Assembly (NCBI GenBank): GCA_963667035.1
Contig: OY762964.1
Span: 800,001-864,000 of the forward strand
Source: Candidatus Cloacimonadales bacterium
GTDB lineage: Bacteria; Cloacimonadota; Cloacimonadia; Cloacimonadales; JAFGVF01
Length of the DNA: 64,000 nucleotides
Reading direction: 5' to 3'
Numbering within the stretch: the stretch's first letter is position 1; every line of letters begins with the position of its first letter. Shown in pieces: positions 29,455-39,596 of this stretch. Under the pieces are notes generated by a model. It was not told the DNA's origin and did no database searches. It worked only from the letters and a program-made list of their open reading frames with translations. A program made the position numbers and the translations under genes.

Positions 29455-30300
29455 ATGAATCGAATAGACCTACATATTCACACCAATGAATCAGATGGTT
29501 GTCATACTCCCGTTGAGATAATTCAAATGGTGAAGAATGCTCAATTGGACATAATTTCAATTGCTGATCATGATACGGTGGAAGGCTATAAAAAAGCCAG
29601 GTACCTTGCCGAACGATATGAGATTGATCTGCTGATTGGAGCAGAGCTGTCTTGTCGACTTAAAAATTCCGATGTTCATATCTTGGCTTATGAGTTTGAT
29701 TATGAATATTCCGAGATTAAAGAAGCAATGGAGTTCCTTTATCATGGTCGTGTTGTCAGAGCAAAAAAGATAATCGATGAACTCAAGAAGTTTGATATTC
29801 ATATTGATTATGATGCAGTAACTGAGTTAGCAGGGCAAAAAGGGCTTATCGGTCGTCCACACATAGGTCGAGCGGTAGTGAATGCAGGATACTGCCCTAA
29901 CTTACAGGAAGTTTTCGATAAGTTTATTGGGGAGGGGAAACCGGCTTTTATCCCAAAACCGGAGTTGACTCCTAAGGAAATGATCGATATAATCCATAAT
30001 GCTAACGGTTATGCAGTATTGGCTCATCCCGGAAAACTGAGAAATCAGAGTTTGATAGAACAGATAATTAAGGATGGAGTTGACGGTCTAGAGGTATTCT
30101 ATCCTGCTCATAATCTTGGGCAAACCGATATGTATTTGCAGTTCTGCCTTAATCATAACATTATCCCTACATGTGGTTCCGATTACCATGGTAAGGATAT
30201 TAGTAGTATTGAATTAGGTAATTTTACCGGACCGGAAATGGTTTACAGTTATATCAAGAATATGAAGCGACAGATAAGGAAAAAGACTGATAATGAATAA
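29455..30300 (+). CDS. PHP-domain phosphoesterase (TrpH/YciV-like)
   Basis: DLHIHT..SDG, DHD, GRPH, LAHP, GSDYHG. Confidence 0.9.
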   Translation: MNRIDLHIHTNESDGCHTPVEIIQMVKNAQLDIISIADHDTVEGYKKARYLAERYEIDLLIGAELSCRLKNSDVHILAYEFDYEYSEIKEAMEFLYHGRVVRAKKIIDELKKFDIHIDYDAVTELAGQKGLIGRPHIGRAVVNAGYCPNLQEVFDKFIGEGKPAFIPKPELTPKEMIDIIHNANGYAVLAHPGKLRNQSLIEQIIKDGVDGLEVFYPAHNLGQTDMYLQFCLNHNIIPTCGSDYHGKDISSIELGNFTGPEMVYSYIKNMKRQIRKKTDNE

Positions 30301-30787
30301 TGTCCCTAATGATAAAATGACTCTTCCTCAAAAGATTAGATTTAATGTCTTTGCCAGATACTTTACAATGTTCATGGCCTTGTTGGCAATTTTCTATGCA
30401 GGCTATGTAATGTTTTATAGAATAACTGCAGACAGCTCAGCACTGTTTAAAGCAATTCCAATAATAATAGTATTCCTCGCCTTAGATTCTTTCCTAAGAA
30501 ACGGGATGAACCTTAATACTATTTATCTGACAGAAGAATTTATTGAGTTTGGCTTTCTGATGAAACCAAAGAAGAGAATCGCTTGGGGGGATATTAAAAA
30601 AGTTGAGATTACTAGATCAAAGAGAAGAATGATAAGGTACATCTATACTGATAATACCGGGAAAGATAAAATATTTACCGTAACTCTTAGCTTCCCACAC
30701 ATGCTTGCTATCCTCAATACGATAGCAGATAAGGCTGTTAATGCAGAGTTTGATGAATTTCTAAGGAGCGTTCTGATAACTAAATAG
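30293..30787 (+). CDS. hypothetical membrane protein
   Basis: 2 TM plus PH-like soluble part; overlaps upstream stop. Confidence 0.7.
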   Translation: MNNVPNDKMTLPQKIRFNVFARYFTMFMALLAIFYAGYVMFYRITADSSALFKAIPIIIVFLALDSFLRNGMNLNTIYLTEEFIEFGFLMKPKKRIAWGDIKKVEITRSKRRMIRYIYTDNTGKDKIFTVTLSFPHMLAILNTIADKAVNAEFDEFLRSVLITK

Positions 30788-30791
30788 CTAT

Positions 30792-31137
30792 TATTACTTC
30801 GAACATAAGAGAGATTCCGGAGGATGGACCACTTCTACACCATTATCACTTGATTGGAACAATGACTTTGATTTCCGGAGTAAACAACTATGGCTTCGGT
30901 TTGTTATGGGGTAGAACCGATTGTGATAATGAATATACCATTCTGATATCAAGTAATGGACATTTCATGATAACTAAAGATGTAGATGGAACTACTTCTG
31001 AATTATATAAATGGACTAAAACCGATGCTGTTAATCAAGGTAATGGTGCATCGAATAATCTTGCTATAGTACAATTTGAAGCCTCAGTCTACTTTTACAT
31101 TAATCAAATAGAGGCAGAGGAAAAGCTTACAACATAG
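30792..31137 (+). pseudogene. frameshifted fragment of an extracellular beta-sandwich protein
   Basis: YYFEHKRDSGGW..DWNNDF in one frame continues as ISGVNNYGFGLLWG..ISSNG..NNLAI..YFYIN in another; no start or signal peptide. Confidence 0.5.
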
Positions 31138-31368
31138 AAGCTGATTTATAGTTTCATATAAGAAAATAGCTCATAGCAAAATCGCTTTCAATTGCAAGTA
31201 CAGATAATCCGGTTAATCTCACTATTGAGTTCAATTCAATAAAACCAGCCAATATAATAAAAAAATCTTGACCATTCCTAATGTTATATAAAAAGTAACT
31301 CATGGTGTAATGGTTATGACTGGGAGTGAGCAAAACCATTATAAGAGATTACAACTAAAGGAGTAAGA

Positions 31369-32034
31369 ATGGGACGACAGGAAGAGATGAGAAAGATGAG
31401 ACAGAACTATATCGTCGAACAAGCTGAGAAGCTTTTTAAAGAAAAGGGATACGAGAGAGTTACAATGGACGATATAGCTAAAAGTTGTGAATACACAAAG
31501 AGAACTATTTATCAGTATATTACTTCAAAAGAGGAATTATATGTGCTGGTCTATATAAAAGGCATGAAGATGCGTCTGGAGTTTCTGCAGGCAGCTATTG
31601 ATAAAGAGAGACAAGGCTTTTGTAAGCTAAAAGAATTAGCTTATGCCTATTATGCTTTTTATAAAAATCATCCATACGTACTAAAACATCAACTTTTAGG
31701 TGATGTTGGCATAATCGTTGAAGCAAATGTTGAAGATGAGATTGCTGATGAATTGAATAAATTGAATATTCAAGGTGTTGATATGCTTAGGGATATCGTT
31801 AAACTTGGATTGGAAGACAAAACTTTGAATCCTGAGTTGGACTGGAATCTGTGGTATAGTTTCCTACTTTATTCAATCAGAATGAATGTAAGCAGAGTCC
31901 TAAGCGGTTATGTAAGACTACTAGATAGTGATGAGATAACGGAAGATGTGGATGGTTGGTACAGATACAATATCAATATATTATTAAAAGAATGTGCTTC
32001 ACACGATAAAAAAGACTGTATTTCAGAGGAATAA
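31369..32034 (+). CDS. TetR/AcrR regulator
   Basis: LFKEKGYERVTMDDIA..TIYQY..SKEEL; AAGGAG RBS. Confidence 0.9.
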   Translation: MGRQEEMRKMRQNYIVEQAEKLFKEKGYERVTMDDIAKSCEYTKRTIYQYITSKEELYVLVYIKGMKMRLEFLQAAIDKERQGFCKLKELAYAYYAFYKNHPYVLKHQLLGDVGIIVEANVEDEIADELNKLNIQGVDMLRDIVKLGLEDKTLNPELDWNLWYSFLLYSIRMNVSRVLSGYVRLLDSDEITEDVDGWYRYNINILLKECASHDKKDCISEE

Positions 32035-32558
32035 TGTTATCATTCAGTTTAGAAACTAAGAGGGATTATGATGATAAAGGAAAGCTCTTCCGAATGGAAA
32101 CTCCTTATATATCTCAAGTGAAAGCTTACTATTTTGATTATTGTAAGCATAATACATTCGGAATAGATAATCCAAGATTAATCTCTAAAGGTAGTGAAAA
32201 ACAAACGTCGTTGCAGAGTGAGAATCATTTTACCGGTGGGGAATTGACAAAAGGCCAAAATTCGGAGAGATTTAGAATTGCTATAGTAAAGTATGCCGTA
32301 ACATTACTTCAAGCAAGAAACAAGATTTCCTGGAGATTCCCAATAGTTTTCGAAAACGCTTTGAACGGCGTTGTTTTTCACATAAACCGATTTGATAGCT
32401 TTATGATAAAAGTATTTTGCGGGAAGCTATCCAATAAGATAGTTACAAAATATTACAGAATTGAAGGATTCACCTCCCAAGCATATATCGATAAGATAGT
32501 TTGTTTGCATAATCTTCTTCATAATTCCTTCATATTCTCGGTAGATTGGGCATTCTAA
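32034..32558 (+). CDS. dubious ORF / decayed region
   Basis: Coupled to tetR stop, but 3' half reads like an antisense shadow. Confidence 0.25.
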   Translation: MLSFSLETKRDYDDKGKLFRMETPYISQVKAYYFDYCKHNTFGIDNPRLISKGSEKQTSLQSENHFTGGELTKGQNSERFRIAIVKYAVTLLQARNKISWRFPIVFENALNGVVFHINRFDSFMIKVFCGKLSNKIVTKYYRIEGFTSQAYIDKIVCLHNLLHNSFIFSVDWAF

Positions 32559-32594
32559 AGGTAATGCTTCCCGCTATTTTTGTTAGGAATATCT

Positions 32595-33326
32595 ATGTTA
32601 GAGAAAAATGAAACCAAGATAAATGCTTTCTTTGAAGATTTTAAGGAAGTCGAAATCGGTAAAGGTCTTGATATAGCTACCGGTAGAGGAGAGTTTATTG
32701 CTTTTCTCCGGAATATATTCAGCAATATAAGCGAGTTTACGGGAATAGATACTCATTCTCGTATACTTGAAATTGCAAAGAAAACCTTTTCCGATTGCGA
32801 TTTCAGGCAAATGAATGCCTATCAATTGGATTATCCTGATTCCACTTTTGAACTTGTCAGTATCTCAAATTCTCTACATCATCTTGATGAACCGACTAGA
32901 GTGCTTAAAGAGATGTATAGAGTATTGGATAAAAACGGTTTGCTAATAATCCGGGAAATGCTTTCTGACAATGGACAGACAAATGCCCAAAAGAGTCATA
33001 TTATGGTGCATCATCTCTCTGCAGAAGTTGATAAACTATTAGGAAGAGTACATAATCAGACATTTAGTGAAGAGGAAGTTATCAAGCTAGAAAGTAGTAT
33101 GAAATTCTCTTCATACAAGAGAATTACTTTTGATTATACAATGCCTGCTGAGCAAGTAGAGAAGAGTAAAGAACAGTATATCAATTTAATTGATGCAATA
33201 ATCAAACCGGCAAGAGAAACAGAAGTGTTTAAAGCATTACATGGTAGGGGAGAAGATATAAAGAATCACATATCCATTCATGGCTTTGCCCCTGCAAGAA
33301 CTCATTTCTTTGTCGGAACTAAATAA
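32595..33326 (+). CDS. class I SAM-dependent methyltransferase
   Basis: LDIATGRG, GID, SLHHL..VLKEMYRVL. Confidence 0.88.
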   Translation: MLEKNETKINAFFEDFKEVEIGKGLDIATGRGEFIAFLRNIFSNISEFTGIDTHSRILEIAKKTFSDCDFRQMNAYQLDYPDSTFELVSISNSLHHLDEPTRVLKEMYRVLDKNGLLIIREMLSDNGQTNAQKSHIMVHHLSAEVDKLLGRVHNQTFSEEEVIKLESSMKFSSYKRITFDYTMPAEQVEKSKEQYINLIDAIIKPARETEVFKALHGRGEDIKNHISIHGFAPARTHFFVGTK

Positions 33327-33479
33327 TCTCGTCCCGGGTAGCTCCGTGTTTTCACTCCATGTTTGCGGAGCTACCTTCTTATATAAACTGGTTGTGTCCA
33401 ATGGACACTTATATAAAAGTAGTTCAAGCTTTTGGCTTGAACTACTTTTAAAAACATTTATCTAATTGAACCGAATTAT

Positions 33480-34676
33480 TTACTTAACTGTCAATTCTCC
33501 TGCTTTACCAAGTCCGAATTTACACAAGACAGGACCAATAAGCATAATCAGGAAAGTTGTAGCTGTCATAACGCTTACAACCTGAGTAGCATAATCGTGG
33601 AATCCGTTTAACTCCAGATATTTTCCTGCAGCAAGAGACAATCCAATAGCAACACCGGCTTGAGAAAGAAGTGTGAATCCCAGATATTTCCTTACGTTTT
33701 TATCGCTTGAAGATACTGATGCTCCTAACCAGGCACCACCCCATTTACCACCGGTTCTGGCTACTATATATAGTAGTATTAATACAAGATATTGCCAGAT
33801 CATAGCAAAATTAAGTCTAGCACCTATAAGAGCAAAAAATACCATATAAACAGGAGGTGACCATTCTCCTAAAGCTGCATTAATTTTTCTGGATACAAGT
33901 TTGCTTTTATTAACTAAAACGATCCCGCTTACCATGTTTAAAAGAATTGGGGATAAGTGCAGATATGTTGCTATTCCGCAGTTAAGGAATAGAATTCCTA
34001 TAGAGAAAGCAAGTATAAAGGTCTTTGAGTAAGTTATCTTACCGACTAAATAGATTATCCAACCGATAATCGAGCCAATAACAATAGCTAAAGCAACTTC
34101 TTTTCCAGCTTCGAAGAAAGCTTCACCGATAGTGAGTCCATGTCCACCGATCAAGATAATAGCCACAGGAATAGATATAGTATAAAGCAGTAATGAGTAT
34201 ATATCATCCAATCCCATAACCGCATAAAGTGTTTTAGTCACAACACCTTTGGCTTTGTATTGTTTAATAACATCTGTTGTACCTGCAGGAGCGGTTGCTG
34301 AAGCCAAAGCTCCGTATATTAATCCTAAAGAGATACTCTTTGTAATAAGTGCTGTAATAATAGCGACTACAATGAACGTTACAGTTGCTTCAAAAATCAC
34401 AATCCAGATTATTGAAGTTCCCAGTTTCTTTAACTCTTTCAGCTGGAGTTCACCTCCAATACCAAAACCAAGCAGGGAAAGTGCTATTGTGTTGATGATA
34501 TCAAAATCACCAATGTTTTCTGTTTTTATTATTCCGACAATCGCCGGGCCTAAAATTGCTCCGCAAATGATGTAGCCTAGGACAAGAGGAGACTTGATTA
34601 TTGAGACACCTTTTGCCATTACTAATGAGAACAGTAGAACTGAACCTAAGAATAAAAATATAAGAGAATCCTGCAT
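33480..34676 (-). CDS. cation:proton antiporter
   Basis: GILGP-like GAILGP, ATAPA, GLDD, SQAGVAIGL. Confidence 0.88.
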   Translation of the reverse strand: MQDSLIFLFLGSVLLFSLVMAKGVSIIKSPLVLGYIICGAILGPAIVGIIKTENIGDFDIINTIALSLLGFGIGGELQLKELKKLGTSIIWIVIFEATVTFIVVAIITALITKSISLGLIYGALASATAPAGTTDVIKQYKAKGVVTKTLYAVMGLDDIYSLLLYTISIPVAIILIGGHGLTIGEAFFEAGKEVALAIVIGSIIGWIIYLVGKITYSKTFILAFSIGILFLNCGIATYLHLSPILLNMVSGIVLVNKSKLVSRKINAALGEWSPPVYMVFFALIGARLNFAMIWQYLVLILLYIVARTGGKWGGAWLGASVSSSDKNVRKYLGFTLLSQAGVAIGLSLAAGKYLELNGFHDYATQVVSVMTATTFLIMLIGPVLCKFGLGKAGELTVK

Positions 34677-34861
34677 CAGTACCTCTTTGTTAATCTTTCA
34701 ATAACAAAACCAAGAATCCCTGATAAACAATTTGTCAAACTATTATAGATAATTTATTTGCTCTCTGTTTTCATTCTATTCAATCCATTATTGGATATGC
34801 TCTTTTTTTAAACAATCAAAAGACCTAGCAGTAAAACTGTTAGGACTCAAAAAAGGTTTGA

Positions 34862-35205
34862 TTATTTTAATTTTGCCAACGAATATGAGAAGCCAAAGAA
34901 TAATCCCGGTTTCCACACTTCTTTTAAGATATTATCTTTAGAAATATCATTGGAGATTATATCTCCTTGGATATATTGGGATTTTAACTTGTTGACCTTC
35001 GATAGAGTTCCGCCTACAGTAAAAGCAACTTGCCTAATGTCTCCATATAGTATTGATAAGCCCAATAAATACATTGGAGACTCTAAATTTAAACTTTCTG
35101 TACCTATCCCTAGAGACAAACCCGTGGTTGGAGGACGAGTAAAAGGATTGATTTAAGGGATGAAAATGGGAGAGATTTAGGAGGAAGTAGAAACCAATTT
35201 TAATC
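34862..35205 (-). pseudogene. 3' remnant of a beta-strand-rich (outer-membrane-like) protein gene
   Basis: Ends GLSLGIG..WKPGLFFGFSYSL; no 5' part before the IS3 end. Confidence 0.4.
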
Positions 35206-35270
35206 AAATTACAACGTCCTAAATAAAGTAGACACATATATAACTGAGAGAAATTAAAGGTTTACAGAAA

Positions 35271-35738
35271 ATGAAACAGAAAACAGCATTATGTTATAGT
35301 GAAGTATTTAAACGTAAAGTAGTTAAAGAGATTGAGGATGGAGTTCTAACTATCTCCCAAGCAAGAACTATTTACAACATAGGTGGCTCCTCTACTTTGA
35401 AACGTTGGATTAATGAATACGGAATAAATGATCGGATAGGAAGGACGGTACATGTTATGTCAAAAACAGAAGAGACAGAAAATATATTACTTAAAAGAGA
35501 AGTAAAAATGTTAAAGCAAGCCTTAGATGATGCCCAAGTAAAGGCAGTAGTTTATGAAGCTTTGATAGATATAGCCAAGGACAAATATGGTATTGACTTA
35601 AAAAAAAAGAGCGCATTAGGGCAGTCGATACTTCAAAGAATCAGAGAACAAGAGAGCGAACTCGAATCGGAGTCCAAGCGTCCTGCAAAGCACTCGGATG
35701 TAGCCGAAAAAGCTATTACAAAGAGAAGAAAGTCTTAG
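35271..35738 (+). CDS. IS3 transposase OrfA
   Basis: YSEVFKRKVV HTH; slippery A9G at 35600-35609 for -1 frameshift. Confidence 0.85.
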   Translation: MKQKTALCYSEVFKRKVVKEIEDGVLTISQARTIYNIGGSSTLKRWINEYGINDRIGRTVHVMSKTEETENILLKREVKMLKQALDDAQVKAVVYEALIDIAKDKYGIDLKKKSALGQSILQRIREQESELESESKRPAKHSDVAEKAITKRRKS

Positions 35739-35779
35739 AGCAAAAGATAGATTTTGAAGAAAAGGTAATCTCTAAAGTA

Positions 35780-36496
35780 ATGGTTATACGTTCAGAAATA
35801 CCGGAGACCGGAGGTCGTAAATTACAGGAGCATCTTCTTGACCCTGAATATGGAGTTCCAATCACAGTTGGACGCGATAAGCTTTTTGATATACTCAGAG
35901 CTCATGGTTTGATGTTTAAACATAAGCCTCGTAAGGTATATACATCTGTCTCTGACCCGGATCATCAAGTATATCCAAATTTATTAGAGAATCTGACAGT
36001 AACTCGACCTAATCAGGTTTGGGTAACAGATATAACCTATTTGCAGTTAGTAAATAGCAAGCATTGCTATCTATCAATAATGACAGACTATTACAGTCGT
36101 AAGATTGTTGGTTTTACAGTACAGAAAGACATGACGGCAGAAAGTACACTTGCAACCTTCAATAAAGCTTATAAGAGTATCAAGCCTGCACCCGGCTTGA
36201 TACACCACTCTGATAAAGGTTCTCAATACACTTCAGGAATCTATACTAATCGATTGCAAGAGTGTGGAGTAGATATAAGCATGACCGGTCCTAACAAATG
36301 CTACGACAATGCGATAGCCGAGAGAATCAATAGGACTCTAAAGTATGAGTTTTATTTGAGAGATAAATTCAGAGATATAGAACAAGCTAGGAAAGTAGTC
36401 GCCGATGCAGTTTATCTTTACAACAATAAACGCTTGCATTGTGCACTAAAGCTTAAAACACCTAATGAATTTTATAATAAGGCACTTGCATCTTAG
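35780..36496 (+). CDS. IS3 transposase OrfB (DDE)
   Basis: WVTDITY, HHSDKGSQY, DNAIAERINRTLK. Confidence 0.92.
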   Translation: MVIRSEIPETGGRKLQEHLLDPEYGVPITVGRDKLFDILRAHGLMFKHKPRKVYTSVSDPDHQVYPNLLENLTVTRPNQVWVTDITYLQLVNSKHCYLSIMTDYYSRKIVGFTVQKDMTAESTLATFNKAYKSIKPAPGLIHHSDKGSQYTSGIYTNRLQECGVDISMTGPNKCYDNAIAERINRTLKYEFYLRDKFRDIEQARKVVADAVYLYNNKRLHCALKLKTPNEFYNKALAS

Positions 36497-36608
36497 TCAT
36501 GCAAGTAAAACCATATTGTGGACAACTTTCGTTCTTTAGAGAACTTATCCATGATAAAAAGTGTCTACCTGCATCAGGACTTTACAAATTACAGTCTTAG
36601 ATAAAAAG

Positions 36609-36636
36609 AAAGACTGCCTCATGGGAAGCAGTCTTT
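36609..36636 (-). terminator. terminator after secreted-protein gene
   Basis: AAAGACTGC..GCAGTCTTT. Confidence 0.7.
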
Positions 36637-36658
36637 ATGGAGTAAGAGACTGTAATCG

Positions 36659-39124
36659 TTATTTCATTAATACAAGCTTTTTAATGTCGCTATCTGATTG
36701 AGTGCTCCAGCGGACAAAATATATACCACTGGATAAATCCTTAGCATCTAATGAAACAGACATATTAGTTTCTTTACTAACCACCCCTTCATATATGGTT
36801 TTAACAACTTCGCCTTTGATATTATAGAGTTTTACTTCTACAGGTGATTTTTCTGCTATGTAGAAAGAAATATTTGTTGAAGGGTTGAACGGATTCGGGT
36901 AGATACCGGTTAGCTGTGACCTTCTCGGATTAGGAGTATCATGAGATTGTTCGTCGAACTTAGTGTATACCGGACCGAATAGCTCTATGTCTCCGTTAAT
37001 AGAAACACTTTCGAGCCAATAATAGTATTCGTAAACTTCAATCTCACTGTCTTTAAAGGTATAATTAGAGCCACTGTTACTATTAGTTGCCATAATTGTG
37101 GCATTATTAATTCTAATTGAAGTATCTGCGTTATCGGATTCAGAACGGAAGACATTGAAACCAACAAGAGCTGTTTCAGATTCTGTTCTCCAATTCAATG
37201 TTACATCCGTACTAGTAAAACTAACTGCATTGAAGTATGAAAGCACTACAGGTAAAGATTCATTTACATAATCAATTCCTTCGCTATCAGTTACGGTAGG
37301 TGTACTACTCTCGTCAACATAAAGAGCATTGTTACCGTCAGTTGCAAAATTATCTTCAGCTGTAACAGAGACAATCTCCGGTGATGAGTTTTCCAAATAG
37401 ATTCCTCCACCGGTATCGTTGGGGGTGCTACCGTCGGCATTACCTTTTGTTACTATAATGCCGTCAATTCTCGTTAATGGAGTCACATCCTGCATGTAAA
37501 CAACATGATAGCTGTTATCGTCGAAGCTACCGGGTTGACCTATATCACCACTAAGATAGATGAAATAGACATCGGAGTCTCTTGTCTCAAGAGTTGCATT
37601 ATCAATATCGTTTGCATCAGCCGGGAAACCGCCATAGATAACAATATCATCATCAATAATGAATGATTTAGCTCTGGAATCAGATTCCATACCGGGAATG
37701 TATTGAGTAGGATAATAAGTACCTTCTGCTATCCAGACTTCCGATGCTCCGGAATCCAAAGCTCCTTGTAACCATGAGGTTGCGTTATCCCATGAACTAC
37801 CGTCTGCCAAACCGGAAGAAGCACTCTTAACATAGATTATACCGTTTTCATCGGGATTTAGTACTATGTAGCCTTGTTCGTAAACACCCATATCAACTAC
37901 TGAGGCTAAAACTCTCGGATTACCGTCAATATCGGTTGTAATAACAGGAATCAAGCTGTCACTACCGTCTACGTAGCTATTGTTTCCTGCATTAAGACAT
38001 GGAGAAGTAGACTCCAATCTCCAATCACCATCAATAGGATTGAAGAAGTTTGGTCCTAACTCATTTGAGGCATTTAGATTAATATTGCCTGTTCCAGCAT
38101 AACCGCCTTCAATACCGCAATAGTTAAAAGTCATGCTGGTTCCACCGAACTGATTCTTATAGTTGTCCTGATAGTTCCCCCAAATGATAGTGTTAAATGC
38201 TTTCGTTTTAGTCGTATTTGTTCCGTAATTACCAATACCGCCACCGGTACCATTAGTTCTATTGTTTGCAATAACACTGTTCACAATGCGATGTCCGGTA
38301 GTCCAACTACAACAAACTCCACCGCCACGAGCTGTACTCTTGGATGAGTAGTTATCTGTAATAATACAGTTGATAAGATTTCCACCATTGTGAAGTTTAA
38401 CAGCTCCTCCATCACCTGAGTCACCACATTCACCAGTTGCCAGATTGTGACTGAACACACAGTCCAAAAGAGTACCTCCACTAAAAGTGATAGCACCACC
38501 GGCATTGTTACCGCGATTATAAATTAAACGACAATTTCTTAGATAAGCCTTATTGTTAGTTAGATGAGCTCCACCACCATCATGATAAGGTCTACTTACT
38601 TTCTTGTTTGCATTGCCACCACTAATAGTGAAACCGTCTAATACAGTCTGAACGTAAACACTATAGTAATAAACAACGTTATAGCTATTATTAGTGTTGT
38701 TAACTAAAGAAAGACTGTTGGTGTCCCATTGTGAATAATTATCATTTTGATCAAGATCTCCGCTAAGGATAGTCTCGTTTGCCTGACCTATCCAGTAGTT
38801 AGTCCTATCATCAATAGAAGATTCATCACCACTGAATCCACCATATACATTGATGCCATTTCTGATAATAAATGTTTTAGTCCTTTCTAAGACAGCTCCA
38901 TTAGGTCCTAACGGATTTGGACTTGTCGGATAATAAGTTCCTTTGGCAACCCATACCTCATCACCAGATGAAGCCGTATCAATAGCATCCTGAATTTGAT
39001 TAAATGCACTGCTCCATGTCAAACCATCACTATTTGTACCATCTTGTGATACATAATATGTGACTGAATTCAAGTTTGCGAACAAAACACATATTGAAAC
39101 AATAAATAGTAGTTTTCGTAGCAT
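36659..39124 (-). CDS. secreted beta-helix (pectin lyase/Pmp-like) protein with T9SS/FlgD-like C-terminal domain
   Basis: Signal peptide; two G.SW..A..Q.A.D..VW.A.GTYYP modules; GGA/GGG repeats; DMGVYE; IYPNPFNPST..SSGIYF..KKLVLMK. Confidence 0.85.
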   Translation of the reverse strand: MLRKLLFIVSICVLFANLNSVTYYVSQDGTNSDGLTWSSAFNQIQDAIDTASSGDEVWVAKGTYYPTSPNPLGPNGAVLERTKTFIIRNGINVYGGFSGDESSIDDRTNYWIGQANETILSGDLDQNDNYSQWDTNSLSLVNNTNNSYNVVYYYSVYVQTVLDGFTISGGNANKKVSRPYHDGGGAHLTNNKAYLRNCRLIYNRGNNAGGAITFSGGTLLDCVFSHNLATGECGDSGDGGAVKLHNGGNLINCIITDNYSSKSTARGGGVCCSWTTGHRIVNSVIANNRTNGTGGGIGNYGTNTTKTKAFNTIIWGNYQDNYKNQFGGTSMTFNYCGIEGGYAGTGNINLNASNELGPNFFNPIDGDWRLESTSPCLNAGNNSYVDGSDSLIPVITTDIDGNPRVLASVVDMGVYEQGYIVLNPDENGIIYVKSASSGLADGSSWDNATSWLQGALDSGASEVWIAEGTYYPTQYIPGMESDSRAKSFIIDDDIVIYGGFPADANDIDNATLETRDSDVYFIYLSGDIGQPGSFDDNSYHVVYMQDVTPLTRIDGIIVTKGNADGSTPNDTGGGIYLENSSPEIVSVTAEDNFATDGNNALYVDESSTPTVTDSEGIDYVNESLPVVLSYFNAVSFTSTDVTLNWRTESETALVGFNVFRSESDNADTSIRINNATIMATNSNSGSNYTFKDSEIEVYEYYYWLESVSINGDIELFGPVYTKFDEQSHDTPNPRRSQLTGIYPNPFNPSTNISFYIAEKSPVEVKLYNIKGEVVKTIYEGVVSKETNMSVSLDAKDLSSGIYFVRWSTQSDSDIKKLVLMK

Positions 39125-39126
39125 TT

Positions 39127-39324
39127 TTACTCCTCGTTGTTATTCTTGTTTGCAATTAACCTACTGACCTGTTCGTACAGAAACAGAGGGAAAACCAGGT
39201 TCTTTATAGTACCATCCATAAGAGTTACAGTAAGATAACCTGAACTACCGCTTGTATAAATCTTACCAATAATTTCGGATGACTCAATAATAGACCTGAT
39301 TTCATTGAAACTTAGCTTTTTCAT
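39127..39324 (-). CDS. small hypothetical protein, first gene of the sigma54 operon
   Basis: 65-aa ORF ending 2 nt before the secreted-protein start. Confidence 0.5.
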   Translation of the reverse strand: MKKLSFNEIRSIIESSEIIGKIYTSGSSGYLTVTLMDGTIKNLVFPLFLYEQVSRLIANKNNNEE

Positions 39325-39336
39325 ACTACATCATAT

Positions 39337-39352
39337 TGCATTCACGGTTCCA
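39337..39352 (-). promoter_or_regulatory. sigma54 -24/-12 promoter
   Basis: TGGAAC-CGTGA-ATGCA on minus, GG-N10-GC spacing; adjacent to a bEBP gene. Confidence 0.65.
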
Positions 39353-39436
39353 TTATTGATGATAGTTCATAAATGATTATTATATAATGAAATAGAACTA
39401 CTATAGTTAAGTTTTAATGCTTTTAAAGGTATCTCG

Positions 39437-39478
39437 TTTCCCGAAAACGTGAAACAGATGTATCACGTTTTCGGGAAA
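39437..39478. promoter_or_regulatory. putative enhancer (UAS) for the adjacent bEBP
   Basis: Perfect 16-bp IR TTTCCCGAAAACGTGA-N10-TCACGTTTTCGGGAAA, about 110-150 nt upstream of the predicted start site. Confidence 0.6.
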
Positions 39479-39596
39479 TATAGCATTGAATGATTACTCA
39501 TAGAGTATTTATAGCTTATTTAAAAGTAGTTATCAAGCATGAAGCAAAAGCTTGACAGTATAATTATAAATGACTCTATGAAGTCAGGAGATTAAT

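Larger units (their letters stand above)
35210..36586 (+). mobile_element. IS3-family insertion sequence (1377 bp)
   Basis: Imperfect 26-bp IRs TACAACGTCCTAAATAAAGTAGACAC / GTGTCTACCTGCATCAGGACTTTACA; flanking AAT duplication; orfA and orfB. Confidence 0.88.
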
